Below, piece after piece: positions 47,070 to 56,744 of a stretch of DNA of 64,000 nt. The translations under genes and the position numbers were made by a program. A model generated the notes under the pieces. The model saw only the letters and a program-made list of their open reading frames with translations, was not told the origin of the DNA and did no database searches. Origin of the DNA: a bacterium (GTDB lineage: Bacteria > Patescibacteriota > Saccharimonadia > Saccharimonadales > UBA4665). The stretch covers positions 366 through 64,365 of the forward strand of contig DAIDMV010000002.1 in assembly GCA_027448765.1 (NCBI GenBank). The letters run 5' to 3'. Every line of letters begins with the position of its first letter. Position 1 is the first letter of the stretch.

Positions 47070-47981
47070 ATGTTTGTTCAACGGAAAAAAAATAATATTT
47101 CTTATTTAGTAGTTGCATTATTGTTTTTAATCATTATTACTTTGGCTGCTTGGTTAGTTTGGCATGATCTGTTCAATCAAAATCGAACTAGTCACAACCC
47201 GAACTCAGTCAGTGGTAAGGCCTCAATTTCTTCTCAGTCATTAATCGGACATAATTTTATTATGTCGTCTAAAGTTTTAAATGAAATGTCTGCTAATCGG
47301 GTTGTTTTTAATCGTTTAAAAACAGCTTCTATTTATGTTTTAACTAGTCATAAAAATCCACTCACCCAGCAGACCTTAAAATTACATTTAATTTTAACGG
47401 CTGATTATACCTCAGAAGCTAGTTTGCAAACAGCCATTAGCCATCACGCTATTAGTTCTTCAGTTAAGGCGATTCTTTATGATAATGAACCCTGGACCTA
47501 TACACCTCTCGTGGAACAACAAAATCCCCTACTCTATTACCAGAAAGCTGCTAGCTTAGCTCATCAAAATAATTATATTTTTATTGCTACTCCAGTTTTA
47601 AAAAATACATCAGATATTAATTTTTTTACTGCGATTGCTAAAATAAGTAATCTGATTGATATTCAGTCTCAATATGATCAAGCCGTAGCTTCGACTTATG
47701 CTGGACATGTCATTCCTTTGGCCAAAGCAATTAAAGCAGCTAATTCTAAAGTTATTATTTTATCTGGATTGTCGACTAATCCAGCCGCTGGGGTGCCAAC
47801 AGTGACTCAGTTAATTAATGACGCCAAAGCAGTTGACCATTATGTGAGTGGTTATTGGCTTAATGTTCCAGCTTTACCGGCTGTTTGTAAAATTAATCAA
47901 ACTAACTCTCGTAATCATTATAATGGTCGTTGTGCTGGCCCTCAATTTCCACTAGCGATTAAATTTCTCCAGAATCTTTAA
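47070..47981 (+). CDS. Membrane-anchored or secreted hypothetical protein
   Basis: About 303 aa with an N-terminal TM or signal anchor (LVVALLFLIIITLAAWLV). No family recognised. Confidence 0.6.
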   Translation: MFVQRKKNNISYLVVALLFLIIITLAAWLVWHDLFNQNRTSHNPNSVSGKASISSQSLIGHNFIMSSKVLNEMSANRVVFNRLKTASIYVLTSHKNPLTQQTLKLHLILTADYTSEASLQTAISHHAISSSVKAILYDNEPWTYTPLVEQQNPLLYYQKAASLAHQNNYIFIATPVLKNTSDINFFTAIAKISNLIDIQSQYDQAVASTYAGHVIPLAKAIKAANSKVIILSGLSTNPAAGVPTVTQLINDAKAVDHYVSGYWLNVPALPAVCKINQTNSRNHYNGRCAGPQFPLAIKFLQNL

Positions 47982-47983
47982 AT

Positions 47984-50137
47984 TTAGAGATTAATGTCAG
48001 GTAAAATTTTATTAATGAATTTTGGCATATACCAACTTTTATCTTTTAGTAGAAATATGATAGATGGTACCAACATTAATCTTACGACGGTAGCATCGAT
48101 TAAAACACTTGACGATAAACCAATCGATAACATTTTAATAACAATGTCGTTGGAGCTAACAAAAGCAATAAAAACAGTGGCCATGATTAAGGCTGCGCTT
48201 GTAATTAATCGTCCAGTTGATGATAGGCCAAAAATGACGGCTTGATTAGTATTTTTATCTTGTCGCCAAGCGCCTTTTATCCTGGTTAATAAAAATATTT
48301 CATAATCCATTGATAGGCCGAAAATAATAGCAAACATGATGACTGGTACATATGATTCGATCGGGACATTGTGGTTAAGCCCAATTAGAGATCGCCCATA
48401 ACCAAATTGAAAGACAGCTACTAAAACACCGTAAGCGGCTGAAATACTCAATAGATTTAAAATAGCCGCCTGACAGGCTAATATTAAACTTCTGAATGAA
48501 GCCAAAATCAGTATAAAAGCTAAAACAACCACTAGAATAATGACAATTGGTAATGATTGACTAATTTGATTGCTGAAATCTATATAGGATGGACTCTGTC
48601 CGGTAACATAGCCACTTAATTTATACGGTTTGAGGAGATTATTTAATTGATTGTGGTTAATCAGATTATTAAATAAGTTAGTCGTGCTTTGGCTTTGAGG
48701 TGATGAATTGGGAATTAAACTGGCGATTAAGAGTTGATGATTGGCTGTTGGTTTGAAAGGACTAATTGATTTAACGTCATAAATATTTAAAAAAGATTTT
48801 TGGAGTTGTTGGTTCAGTGATTTAAGGTTTTGGTGGCTATGATTAGTTTTGATAACGATAGTAAATGGTCCATTATAACCGACACCAAAATTTTGTTGGA
48901 TTAGATTATACGATTTTGTCGCTGAATAAGAGCTGGGATAAGCTGAACCGTTATCAACAAAACCCAATCTAAGAGAAAAAATCGGTAGTGCTAGTACAAC
49001 AGTAATAATTAAGCCAACTATTAAGAATATAAGTGGTTGACGACTAACTAATTCAGCGTATTTTTGCCAATTATTTTTTTGATTTTTAGTATTTTCGGCG
49101 ACTGTTTTTCTAACTTTAAATCGATCGATTTTTTGACCAATTAAAGCTAATGATGCTGGAGTTAATGTTAAGCTAGCTAACATAGCAACTAAAACTCCAA
49201 AAACTGCGGCCAAACCCAACTTGCCAATAAACGTAATGCCGGTAGCATAAAGTCCTAATAGAGCGATGATAACAGTCGTGCCAGCTACTACAATAGATTT
49301 ACCGCTAGTTCGGGCAGTATAAGCAATGGCATCTAAGGTTGTTTGATGGTCAATTAATTGTTGGCGAAAACGAGTGATTAAAAATAAGATATAATCAATT
49401 CCAACTCCTAGTCCAAGCATGATTGCTAAGGTTGAGGCATCGGTGCTAAAGGTAATAAATTTAGCTACAATTCCTACTATACCAACAGCAATAATAATAC
49501 CGATAATTGAACTTAATAGAGGTAAAATAGCTGCCAATATACTACCAAAACTGATTAACAAAACTATAATGGCGATCACTATACCAATACTTTCTGACTT
49601 TTTGTCGTTTGGCTTGGGTGTTGTTAATTGATCAAATCCCCCACCTAGTTGCACGTCTAGAGGCTCATTTTTTAAATTTTGCAGCTTATTATTTAAACTA
49701 TTTAAAAAATTTTGACTGAGATTAGCTGGGTTTTGATTAATATCGACGTTGATAATAATAGTTGATTGGTTAGTAGAAATACTAGGAGTAATTGGACTAA
49801 AAGGATTTGATACTTGAGTAATATGACTAAGATGACTGATTTGAGATAGATCAAGTAAAATTTTTTTTTGATATTTTCGAATATTTTGATTAGGGCTATT
49901 GATGACAATCTGTCCACTATATTTAGAAAAAGTCGGATCATTTTTTTTAATTAAATTAGATGCTTGTGTGGTTTCTAAATTACTAAGGTTAAGATTGTTA
50001 GAATAAACTGGGGCCAAATACTTCGATAAAGCCGTGGCGCCAATTAAAATAATTAACCAACTTAAAAGAATTAGCTTAAAATTTTTAGATGAAAAAATTG
50101 CAATTTTCTCAATCAGACTTTTTTTATTTTGATTCAT
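47984..50137 (-). CDS. MMPL-family (RND-superfamily) transporter
   Basis: 717 aa. Two blocks of about 6 TM helices are each preceded by a large extracytoplasmic domain, and the block GLGVGIDYILFL / GLSMDYEIFLL is duplicated. Confidence 0.85.
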   Translation of the reverse strand: MNQNKKSLIEKIAIFSSKNFKLILLSWLIILIGATALSKYLAPVYSNNLNLSNLETTQASNLIKKNDPTFSKYSGQIVINSPNQNIRKYQKKILLDLSQISHLSHITQVSNPFSPITPSISTNQSTIIINVDINQNPANLSQNFLNSLNNKLQNLKNEPLDVQLGGGFDQLTTPKPNDKKSESIGIVIAIIVLLISFGSILAAILPLLSSIIGIIIAVGIVGIVAKFITFSTDASTLAIMLGLGVGIDYILFLITRFRQQLIDHQTTLDAIAYTARTSGKSIVVAGTTVIIALLGLYATGITFIGKLGLAAVFGVLVAMLASLTLTPASLALIGQKIDRFKVRKTVAENTKNQKNNWQKYAELVSRQPLIFLIVGLIITVVLALPIFSLRLGFVDNGSAYPSSYSATKSYNLIQQNFGVGYNGPFTIVIKTNHSHQNLKSLNQQLQKSFLNIYDVKSISPFKPTANHQLLIASLIPNSSPQSQSTTNLFNNLINHNQLNNLLKPYKLSGYVTGQSPSYIDFSNQISQSLPIVIILVVVLAFILILASFRSLILACQAAILNLLSISAAYGVLVAVFQFGYGRSLIGLNHNVPIESYVPVIMFAIIFGLSMDYEIFLLTRIKGAWRQDKNTNQAVIFGLSSTGRLITSAALIMATVFIAFVSSNDIVIKMLSIGLSSSVLIDATVVRLMLVPSIIFLLKDKSWYMPKFINKILPDINL

Positions 50138-50198
50138 AATTAAAGCTTAACAATCGAATTTTTTTGTGTCAAGTGACTACATATTATAGACTAATAAT

Positions 50199-50792
50199 AT
50201 GGTTTCTAATAAGAAAAAAATGTTAAGATTAAGAATTATTAAAATAGCTAATAAAAAATTAGCTGAGGGTGGATATAATAATTTATCGATGAGAGAAATT
50301 GGACGTAATTTAGATGTTCCCTTAATTAATATTCAACGTATTTTTAAAACTAAGGATGACCTCTGGCAGGCTTGCATTGATGATTACTTTAATCAAATCA
50401 AAAAGCACTTAGTTGGTTTTGATCATTTAACTATAGATCAAATTATTGTCAATCAACTTAATTTTCAAATTCATCAAAAAAAAACTATACCAGGCATTAC
50501 GGCCACTATTTGGAATGATCATTCGCCAGGTTATCAACACCGACTTAATTATCTTATTAAACAGATTAAACCACTGATTGATCAGATTGAAACTAATATT
50601 AACTGGGCGATTACACAGCAAAAGATCGAACCAATTAATGCTAAATTATTAATTGCCTTTATGTCTGTTGGTATGGCTTCTTTTTTTAGTACTCCTAAAC
50701 AACTAAAAAATGTTTTTGGCTTAGATTTAAACGATCAATTAGTTAGCGATTTAAGTCAGATAATTCTCAAAGGTATTCAGCCAAGTTGTTAA
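50199..50792 (+). CDS. TetR-family transcriptional regulator
   Basis: 197 aa with an N-terminal HTH (YNNLSMREIGRNLDVPLINIQRIFKTKDDLW). Divergent from the MMPL gene. Confidence 0.8.
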   Translation: MVSNKKKMLRLRIIKIANKKLAEGGYNNLSMREIGRNLDVPLINIQRIFKTKDDLWQACIDDYFNQIKKHLVGFDHLTIDQIIVNQLNFQIHQKKTIPGITATIWNDHSPGYQHRLNYLIKQIKPLIDQIETNINWAITQQKIEPINAKLLIAFMSVGMASFFSTPKQLKNVFGLDLNDQLVSDLSQIILKGIQPSC

Positions 50793-50838
50793 TTATAAAT
50801 ATTAGTCGACTAGTCCCTCGTGTATTTGTATAATAATA

Positions 50839-50867
50839 TTGACAAAAAAGATAAAAAGTAGTATTAT
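50839..50867 (+). promoter_or_regulatory. Near-consensus sigma-70-type promoter
   Basis: TTGACA (50839-50844), a 17-nt spacer, then TATTAT (50862-50867). Confidence 0.65.
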
Positions 50868-50880
50868 CTAGAAACTATTA

Positions 50881-50910
50881 AAAATTGATCTGAAAAAAAT
50901 TGATCTGAAA
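50881..50910 (+). repeat. Perfect tandem duplication of a 15-nt unit in the predicted 5' UTR
   Basis: AAAATTGATCTGAAA occurs at 50881-50895 and again at 50896-50910. Confidence 0.9.
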
Positions 50911-50941
50911 TTTTTAATTTAGATTTTAGGAGAATTTTATT

Positions 50942-51934
50942 ATGTCTAGAGAAAGATATAACAACAGAAGTGTAGTCGGAGAAGTGGCCCATGGAATTAA
51001 AAATATTGCTTTGGTTGGTTGTTTAGCCTTTGCTGCTTATGGAGCTTATCATATATATGAGAATGGTCTTAGTATTGGTGGTATTAACTTACCTAAAGCC
51101 AATGGTAAGGCGCATGCTTCCGGTGCGGTGATTGAACCAACATACAAAGAAACGAAAGATATTATTCAATGCAGCAATCAGATTACTGTTGATGTTGGTG
51201 TTAACGTTCATTCTCGATATATGTGGATTAGCGGCGAAAGTGTTAATCATGTTTATCCTGTTAGATATTTAATGTGTGGTAAAAATGGTTTTTCAGCAAA
51301 TCTTAGTGAAACTATTGGTCCAAAAGGTAAAATTGAAAAAATTGTTGCTACTGATCTTAATTATGCCCCAACCAGTGTTGGTGTTGATTTTAATGACGGA
51401 GCTGTTTTGTGTGAGAATTTACCGGCCAATTCATCACTTAAGAGCATTAATCAGGCTGCTTATAACTATAGAAAAGCTAGACATAATCATCAAAATGTTT
51501 CTTGTAATTTTGGAGCCCATACAACAGGTTTAGGTATTGACACTTCAGCTCAAGCTAATAATGATATTTTTGTTGCTATGCAATTCGCTCAAGATGCTGG
51601 TAGTATTAATCCTCTTCCAGAAAAGATTCAAAATGAAGTTGATCAGACCATTAGCCAGGTTAGTTATAATCAATTGCATCAACAATATCCTGAAGCAAAA
51701 ATTGAAGTTTTATTACCGAAACCAGAAAGTCCAGTGCAAGCTATTGAAAATAATTGGCAAGCCAATGCAACAAACATAAAAGCCGGATTACGATCTTATG
51801 ATGTTGTCAGTAAATCAGGTCAAACTTACTTTGATTTTAAATCAATTTATAATTCTGCTGTTGGTCAAATCTTGTTACCTATGAACTTAAATAAGCAAGA
51901 AATTCATAGCTTAAATCAATTCATGCATTCATAA
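50942..51934 (+). CDS. Membrane-anchored hypothetical protein
   Basis: 330 aa. TAGGAGA RBS. One N-terminal TM (IALVGCLAFAAYGAYHIY) and an extracytoplasmic domain with several Cys. No family recognised. Confidence 0.65.
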   Translation: MSRERYNNRSVVGEVAHGIKNIALVGCLAFAAYGAYHIYENGLSIGGINLPKANGKAHASGAVIEPTYKETKDIIQCSNQITVDVGVNVHSRYMWISGESVNHVYPVRYLMCGKNGFSANLSETIGPKGKIEKIVATDLNYAPTSVGVDFNDGAVLCENLPANSSLKSINQAAYNYRKARHNHQNVSCNFGAHTTGLGIDTSAQANNDIFVAMQFAQDAGSINPLPEKIQNEVDQTISQVSYNQLHQQYPEAKIEVLLPKPESPVQAIENNWQANATNIKAGLRSYDVVSKSGQTYFDFKSIYNSAVGQILLPMNLNKQEIHSLNQFMHS

Positions 51935-51945
51935 GGATTAATAAA

Positions 51946-53619
51946 ATGGGTCAACACAGTATTAAGAAACCATTAAATCGAGTAACACGTAATGGTGCTT
52001 GTTTAATGGCTGATAGTAAACAGCTTGTTAAAGAAACTGCTCATAGTTTAGATAATAGAATAAGTAATACGATTCAAATTGTTGATGATAGTATTAGTAA
52101 TGTAGTTTCAGATGCTAGATTAGAAGTTTCTGAATTATCTAAATGTACTCAACAAAAGGTTAAAGAAATAGCTCCTAAAATTATAACTGCTGTTGTTGAT
52201 GAATTGAGCGGATCATATGAAAAGGCAACCCAAGCTAAGGATAATGCAGCGGAACTGATTAAAGAAACTGCTCAAATTGTTGATAGTGGTATCAGTAATA
52301 CAGTTCAAAACAGTAGACAAGAGTTCTCTGATTTCTCTGAACGCATTCAGCAAAAGATCGGAGAAAATACTCCAAAAATTAAAGCATTAGTAGATCGTGA
52401 AATTCAAGAATCTCGTCAAATTGTTAAGCGTGTATATGTCCAATCCTCAGACGTCTTGAAGTCAACTAATTATTCACGAACCGGAAAAGCTGTTGTTGTT
52501 GGAGTTTTTGTTGTTAATGGTTTAGTTCAAACCAATACAGTTAATGCGTCTCAAAATGTTAGATTTAATCAACAACACAATTCATCTCAGTTTGATAATT
52601 TTCAATTAACTGCTTATAAAAAGAGTAAAGTTGACTCAGATTCATCTGGTTTTATACGACAAGTAGCTCAATATGGACAAACCGTATGGACTCTAGGACA
52701 ACAAGATGGTTTTAGTGTTTCGCAGTGGTCTGGAGTTAATCCCGGAGTTAATCCTAACAATATTCTAGCTGGTCAAACTTATAATATTCCAACGACCCCA
52801 ACTCCTGAATCTACACCAACAACTAATACTCCATCTAATGAAGTACCATCAACTCAAAACACTAGTCTATCAACTACTCCACAATCAAATAATACGACCC
52901 CAACTATAAGCCCTCAATCACCTAATCCATCTGATGTAATTCATTCACATGATCACCTATCACAACCAATTATCGCTGGTCCACCACAATCAAATAATCC
53001 TACTACCCAATCGAATGCTAACAGTTTAACGGCAACTTCTTTAAAAAATCAACCGCAAGTACCGGCTACTAACTTAAATCCTTTCTTAAATCCAAATCCT
53101 TTAAGTATCTCTTCTTTGAAAATTAATAATTTAAATAATGCTTTAGAGGGTACTGTCACTATGCAAGAGGTTATAACTTATTTGCAACAAAATTCAACCT
53201 TAAGTGATACTGCTATTGCCGGTATTGTGGGTAATTTAAATTATGAATCGTCGTTAAATACGGAAAGATATGAAAATACTTTTCCGGCTAATGCTTTAAC
53301 CCCAGCTAATAGCTTAACCACTGCTGAATTAAATAATTCTAGTATGGGCTGGGGTTTAGCTCAATGGACACCGGCTGAAAAAATTATCGGCTGGGCCGAA
53401 AATCAAGATTTAAATCCAAACTCAATGTCAACTCAAGTACAGTTTATTGTAGATAATATTCAAAATTCTCCAGCTCTTTATGAAAACCTTATGGCTGCTA
53501 CTAGTCCTTCTGATGCAGCCGATATTTTTATGAAATATTATGAAATGCCTAGTAACTATAACTCAGCTTCTTCTCGAGAAGCTTACGCTAATCAGGCGTT
53601 TTCCGTAATGCAACAATAA
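51946..53619 (+). CDS. LysM-domain cell-wall hydrolase with phage-tail-lysozyme-like C-terminal domain
   Basis: 557 aa. An N-terminal repeat pair is followed by a TM (AVVVGVFVVNGLV), a LysM-like block (GQTVWTLGQQDGFSVSQW...ILAGQTYNIP) and a P/T/S/N-rich linker. The C-terminal AIAGIVGNLNYESS...GWGLAQWT matches the phage tail lysozyme family pattern. Confidence 0.7.
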   Translation: MGQHSIKKPLNRVTRNGACLMADSKQLVKETAHSLDNRISNTIQIVDDSISNVVSDARLEVSELSKCTQQKVKEIAPKIITAVVDELSGSYEKATQAKDNAAELIKETAQIVDSGISNTVQNSRQEFSDFSERIQQKIGENTPKIKALVDREIQESRQIVKRVYVQSSDVLKSTNYSRTGKAVVVGVFVVNGLVQTNTVNASQNVRFNQQHNSSQFDNFQLTAYKKSKVDSDSSGFIRQVAQYGQTVWTLGQQDGFSVSQWSGVNPGVNPNNILAGQTYNIPTTPTPESTPTTNTPSNEVPSTQNTSLSTTPQSNNTTPTISPQSPNPSDVIHSHDHLSQPIIAGPPQSNNPTTQSNANSLTATSLKNQPQVPATNLNPFLNPNPLSISSLKINNLNNALEGTVTMQEVITYLQQNSTLSDTAIAGIVGNLNYESSLNTERYENTFPANALTPANSLTTAELNNSSMGWGLAQWTPAEKIIGWAENQDLNPNSMSTQVQFIVDNIQNSPALYENLMAATSPSDAADIFMKYYEMPSNYNSASSREAYANQAFSVMQQ

Positions 53620-53621
53620 AA

Positions 53622-55049
53622 TTAAAGAGTTCTAATTTTAATTGTATCGGTTGCTCCAGCTACGCCAAGTTTGGAACCGGAAACGTTAATTACTATATCG
53701 CCTTTGTTAAGTATTTTTTGTTCAATTAACCAATCGGTTAGTTTTGTGCCAACCTGTAGAGTTGCTGGCCGAACATAAACTTTTGTAGCGTAAACAATAG
53801 CTAGTTGGTTGGCTATTTTAGGCTCATTTGTGATAGCTAATAATGGTATAATCGGTCGATAACTTGAGATAGATAATGCTGTAGTCCCTGTTTTGGTTTC
53901 TGCGATGATAGCTTGCACTTGTAGTTGGTCGGCTAATGTTATAATAGCGTTTCCTATGGCAGAAGTAATAGTTGGACTAGCTTGTTTTTTGAAAACTACA
54001 TTTAATGGTGTGTGTTGTTCGGTGTAATTAATGACACGTTTCATGGTTTGAATGGATTCTATTGGGTATTTGCCGGCTGCTGTTTCATCACTTAACATGA
54101 CGCAATCAGCTCCAACTAAAACAGCTGTTGCTATATCTGATACCTCAGCTCGAGTTGGGTCTGGCGCTTCAGTCATAGAAGCGAGCATTTGAGTTGCTAC
54201 GATAGTTGGTTTGTTGTACTGAATACCTAAACCAATTATTTCTCTCTGAATAATCGGGACACTTTCAGCAGGAGTTTCGATAGCTAAATCACCCCTTGCT
54301 ACCATAACGGCATCCGTTATTCGTATAATCTTTTCAATATTTTTAACCGCAGCAGGAGTTTCGATTTTAGCAATTATTTTGGCTGAACTTTTTAAGTGGT
54401 TTAATTTCTCTTTTAACAGTAAAATATCATTTTCTGATTGGACAAAACTGAGAGCTACATAGTCGATATCTTGATGAGCTCCATAGGTAATATCTTCTAT
54501 GTCTTTGGCAGTTAAAATATCACCGTTAAGATCTGTATCTGGTAAATTGATACCTTTTCTTTTGATTAGGATGCCGTCGTTTTCAACTTCAACATAAACA
54601 TTACGGTCTTTAATCTCTTTGACGATAGTTTTGATTTTACCGTCATAGAGCATGATTCTTTCGCCTTTTTGGACTTTTAGGCTTAAATCATATTGGACTG
54701 GTAGTGATTCAACGTCATTAGGTTTTTGAGATTGATGGAAATAAAAGGCTAATTTTTGTCCAGTCTTGACATTAAAAATACCATCAAAATCACCAAGTCT
54801 AATTTTTGGTCCTTGTAGGTCTTGAATAATGGCTACGGGTTTATTGAGTTTTTCTGAAGCATATCTAATCCAACTAATTTGTTGATCTCGTTCGCTATAT
54901 GTTCCATGGGAAAAATTAAGACGAATACCGTTGGCGCCGGCTTGGATTAGATTTTCTATCATTTCATAGCTATTTGTCGCCGGACCAAGGGTTACGATTA
55001 TTTTAGTTCTTTTATATTCTTTAATGTTAATTGGTTTTGATTGATCCAT
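53622..55049 (-). CDS. pyk: Pyruvate kinase
   Basis: 475 aa with RTKIIVTLGPAT, NFSHG and MVARGDLAIE. Confidence 0.95.
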   Translation of the reverse strand: MDQSKPINIKEYKRTKIIVTLGPATNSYEMIENLIQAGANGIRLNFSHGTYSERDQQISWIRYASEKLNKPVAIIQDLQGPKIRLGDFDGIFNVKTGQKLAFYFHQSQKPNDVESLPVQYDLSLKVQKGERIMLYDGKIKTIVKEIKDRNVYVEVENDGILIKRKGINLPDTDLNGDILTAKDIEDITYGAHQDIDYVALSFVQSENDILLLKEKLNHLKSSAKIIAKIETPAAVKNIEKIIRITDAVMVARGDLAIETPAESVPIIQREIIGLGIQYNKPTIVATQMLASMTEAPDPTRAEVSDIATAVLVGADCVMLSDETAAGKYPIESIQTMKRVINYTEQHTPLNVVFKKQASPTITSAIGNAIITLADQLQVQAIIAETKTGTTALSISSYRPIIPLLAITNEPKIANQLAIVYATKVYVRPATLQVGTKLTDWLIEQKILNKGDIVINVSGSKLGVAGATDTIKIRTL

Positions 55050-55098
55050 AAGCCAAGTATTATATAGAAACTTTAATTTGATGTCTAGACGACAGCTA

Positions 55099-55923
55099 TT
55101 ATTTTAGAGATTCGAGGTCTTCTTGGTCTAAAGTAATTTGAAGAGCTGCCATATTTTCTTCAAGGTGTTGAATCGAATTTGTTCCAGGGATTGGTAGAAT
55201 GACAGGTGATTGATTCAATAACCACGCTAAAGCAATTTGATGAACTGAAGCATGATGTTTTTTAGCTATATCCTCTAAACGACTTAAGTTACTTCCATCA
55301 CCACCAATTGGGAAATATGGAATAAAAATTATCTGATTGGCTGTACAGTAATCTAAGATATTTTGGTTTTGGCTTTGATTGATAATGTTATATCGGTTTT
55401 GAACGCTGACAATTTCAGTCATTTGTTGAGCTTTTTGCAGTTGTTCTAAGCTAACATTACTTAAACCGATATTTTTAATTTTACCTTCATCTTTAAGATC
55501 TATTAAAGTTTGGAGTGATTCTTCGAAAGGCACCTTGCTGTCTGGTGAATGCAGTTGATATAAATCAATTGAATCGACGTGAAGTCTTTCTAGGCTACCT
55601 TCAAGAGCTTCTTTTAAGTGTTCTGGACGGCCATCTGGAGTCCATTGACCAGGACCCTGTCTAGTTAACCCACCTTTAGTAGCAATGACTAGGTCGGAAT
55701 AAGGGTGTAGTGCTTCATAGATTAAGTTTTCTGAAACATTTGGTCCATATGCATCAGCCGTATCGATAAAGTTTACTCCCAATTCTACGGCTTTTTTTAA
55801 GACCGCAATTGATTCTTGATGGTTTTTGGGTTCTCCCCAAATACCGTCACCTGTAATTCGCATGGCTCCGTAGCCTAAGCGATTAACTTGAAAATTACCT
55901 AATTTTAATTGATTATTAGTCAT
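55099..55923 (-). CDS. Aldo/keto reductase
   Basis: 274 aa with LGYGAMRITG, FIDTADAYG and GLSNVS. Confidence 0.9.
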   Translation of the reverse strand: MTNNQLKLGNFQVNRLGYGAMRITGDGIWGEPKNHQESIAVLKKAVELGVNFIDTADAYGPNVSENLIYEALHPYSDLVIATKGGLTRQGPGQWTPDGRPEHLKEALEGSLERLHVDSIDLYQLHSPDSKVPFEESLQTLIDLKDEGKIKNIGLSNVSLEQLQKAQQMTEIVSVQNRYNIINQSQNQNILDYCTANQIIFIPYFPIGGDGSNLSRLEDIAKKHHASVHQIALAWLLNQSPVILPIPGTNSIQHLEENMAALQITLDQEDLESLK

Positions 55924-55994
55924 ATTGATTCCCTCTTTATTTAGTTGTCTTATTAAATTATAATTTATAAAGATAATTTTTGGCTTAGAGATTA

Positions 55995-56114
55995 TTAATT
56001 AACAATAAAGCCTAACATAAAGCCAAAAATAAAAACTATTATAATAAGAGTGATAACTATATCTAAACCAATTTGTTTAATTTCTTTGATTTCTGTTTCA
56101 GTTTTTTGTTTCAT
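55995..56114 (-). CDS. Possible 39-aa single-TM peptide (below the ORF-track threshold)
   Basis: MKQKTETEIKEIKQIGLDIVITLIIIVFIFGFMLGFIVN, between the NUDIX and AKR genes. No clear RBS. Confidence 0.25.
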   Translation of the reverse strand: MKQKTETEIKEIKQIGLDIVITLIIIVFIFGFMLGFIVN

Positions 56115-56122
56115 AACCAGAT

Positions 56123-56554
56123 CTAATTAACCATATTTTTATAGTCAATAAAACTTTTTAAACTTAAATCAAACGTTTCGGCTAAATTTAAATTGAAAGC
56201 TTCTTGTGGACTGAGCCATTGACTGTCAAAATGTTTGTCTTGATTGAGTTTTATATTGCCACCAATAAGTTTAGTGTAAACATTAAAATAGATGTAATGA
56301 GCTGATCTTTTAAAATCTTTTGAATCAATTAATTCACCAAAATTAAAAGTTGCAATAGGTTCAACATCTAAGTTGAGTTCATGTTTAATCTGTCGTTGAG
56401 CGGCGTTTAAAATTGTTTCACCAGGTAAAATTAAACCACCTGGCAAAACATATTTTTCAGTCCAATTTTTTGATTTCGTTAAGAAAACTTTATTCTCTTG
56501 ATTTTCAACTATAACACCACAGACAACTTCAATACCTTTAGGATATTCATTCAT
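56123..56554 (-). CDS. NUDIX hydrolase
   Basis: 143 aa with a degenerate Nudix box, PGGLILPGETILNAAQRQIKHELNL. Confidence 0.75.
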   Translation of the reverse strand: MNEYPKGIEVVCGVIVENQENKVFLTKSKNWTEKYVLPGGLILPGETILNAAQRQIKHELNLDVEPIATFNFGELIDSKDFKRSAHYIYFNVYTKLIGGNIKLNQDKHFDSQWLSPQEAFNLNLAETFDLSLKSFIDYKNMVN

Positions 56555-56744
56555 TTTTATAGTATAACATTAAAGTTATTGATGGTTGGTCCTCCTTTTT
56601 TATAAAGTATTTCTTTTAAAAGGGGTACGTCATTCTTGTAAATAAAACAATCGATTAGTCTTAAACTTTCACAAAGTAAAGGTGATTGGATTAATCAAAT
56701 GTAGTCTCCTTGTATTTATTATTTCAGGCTATTATTATCTAATT

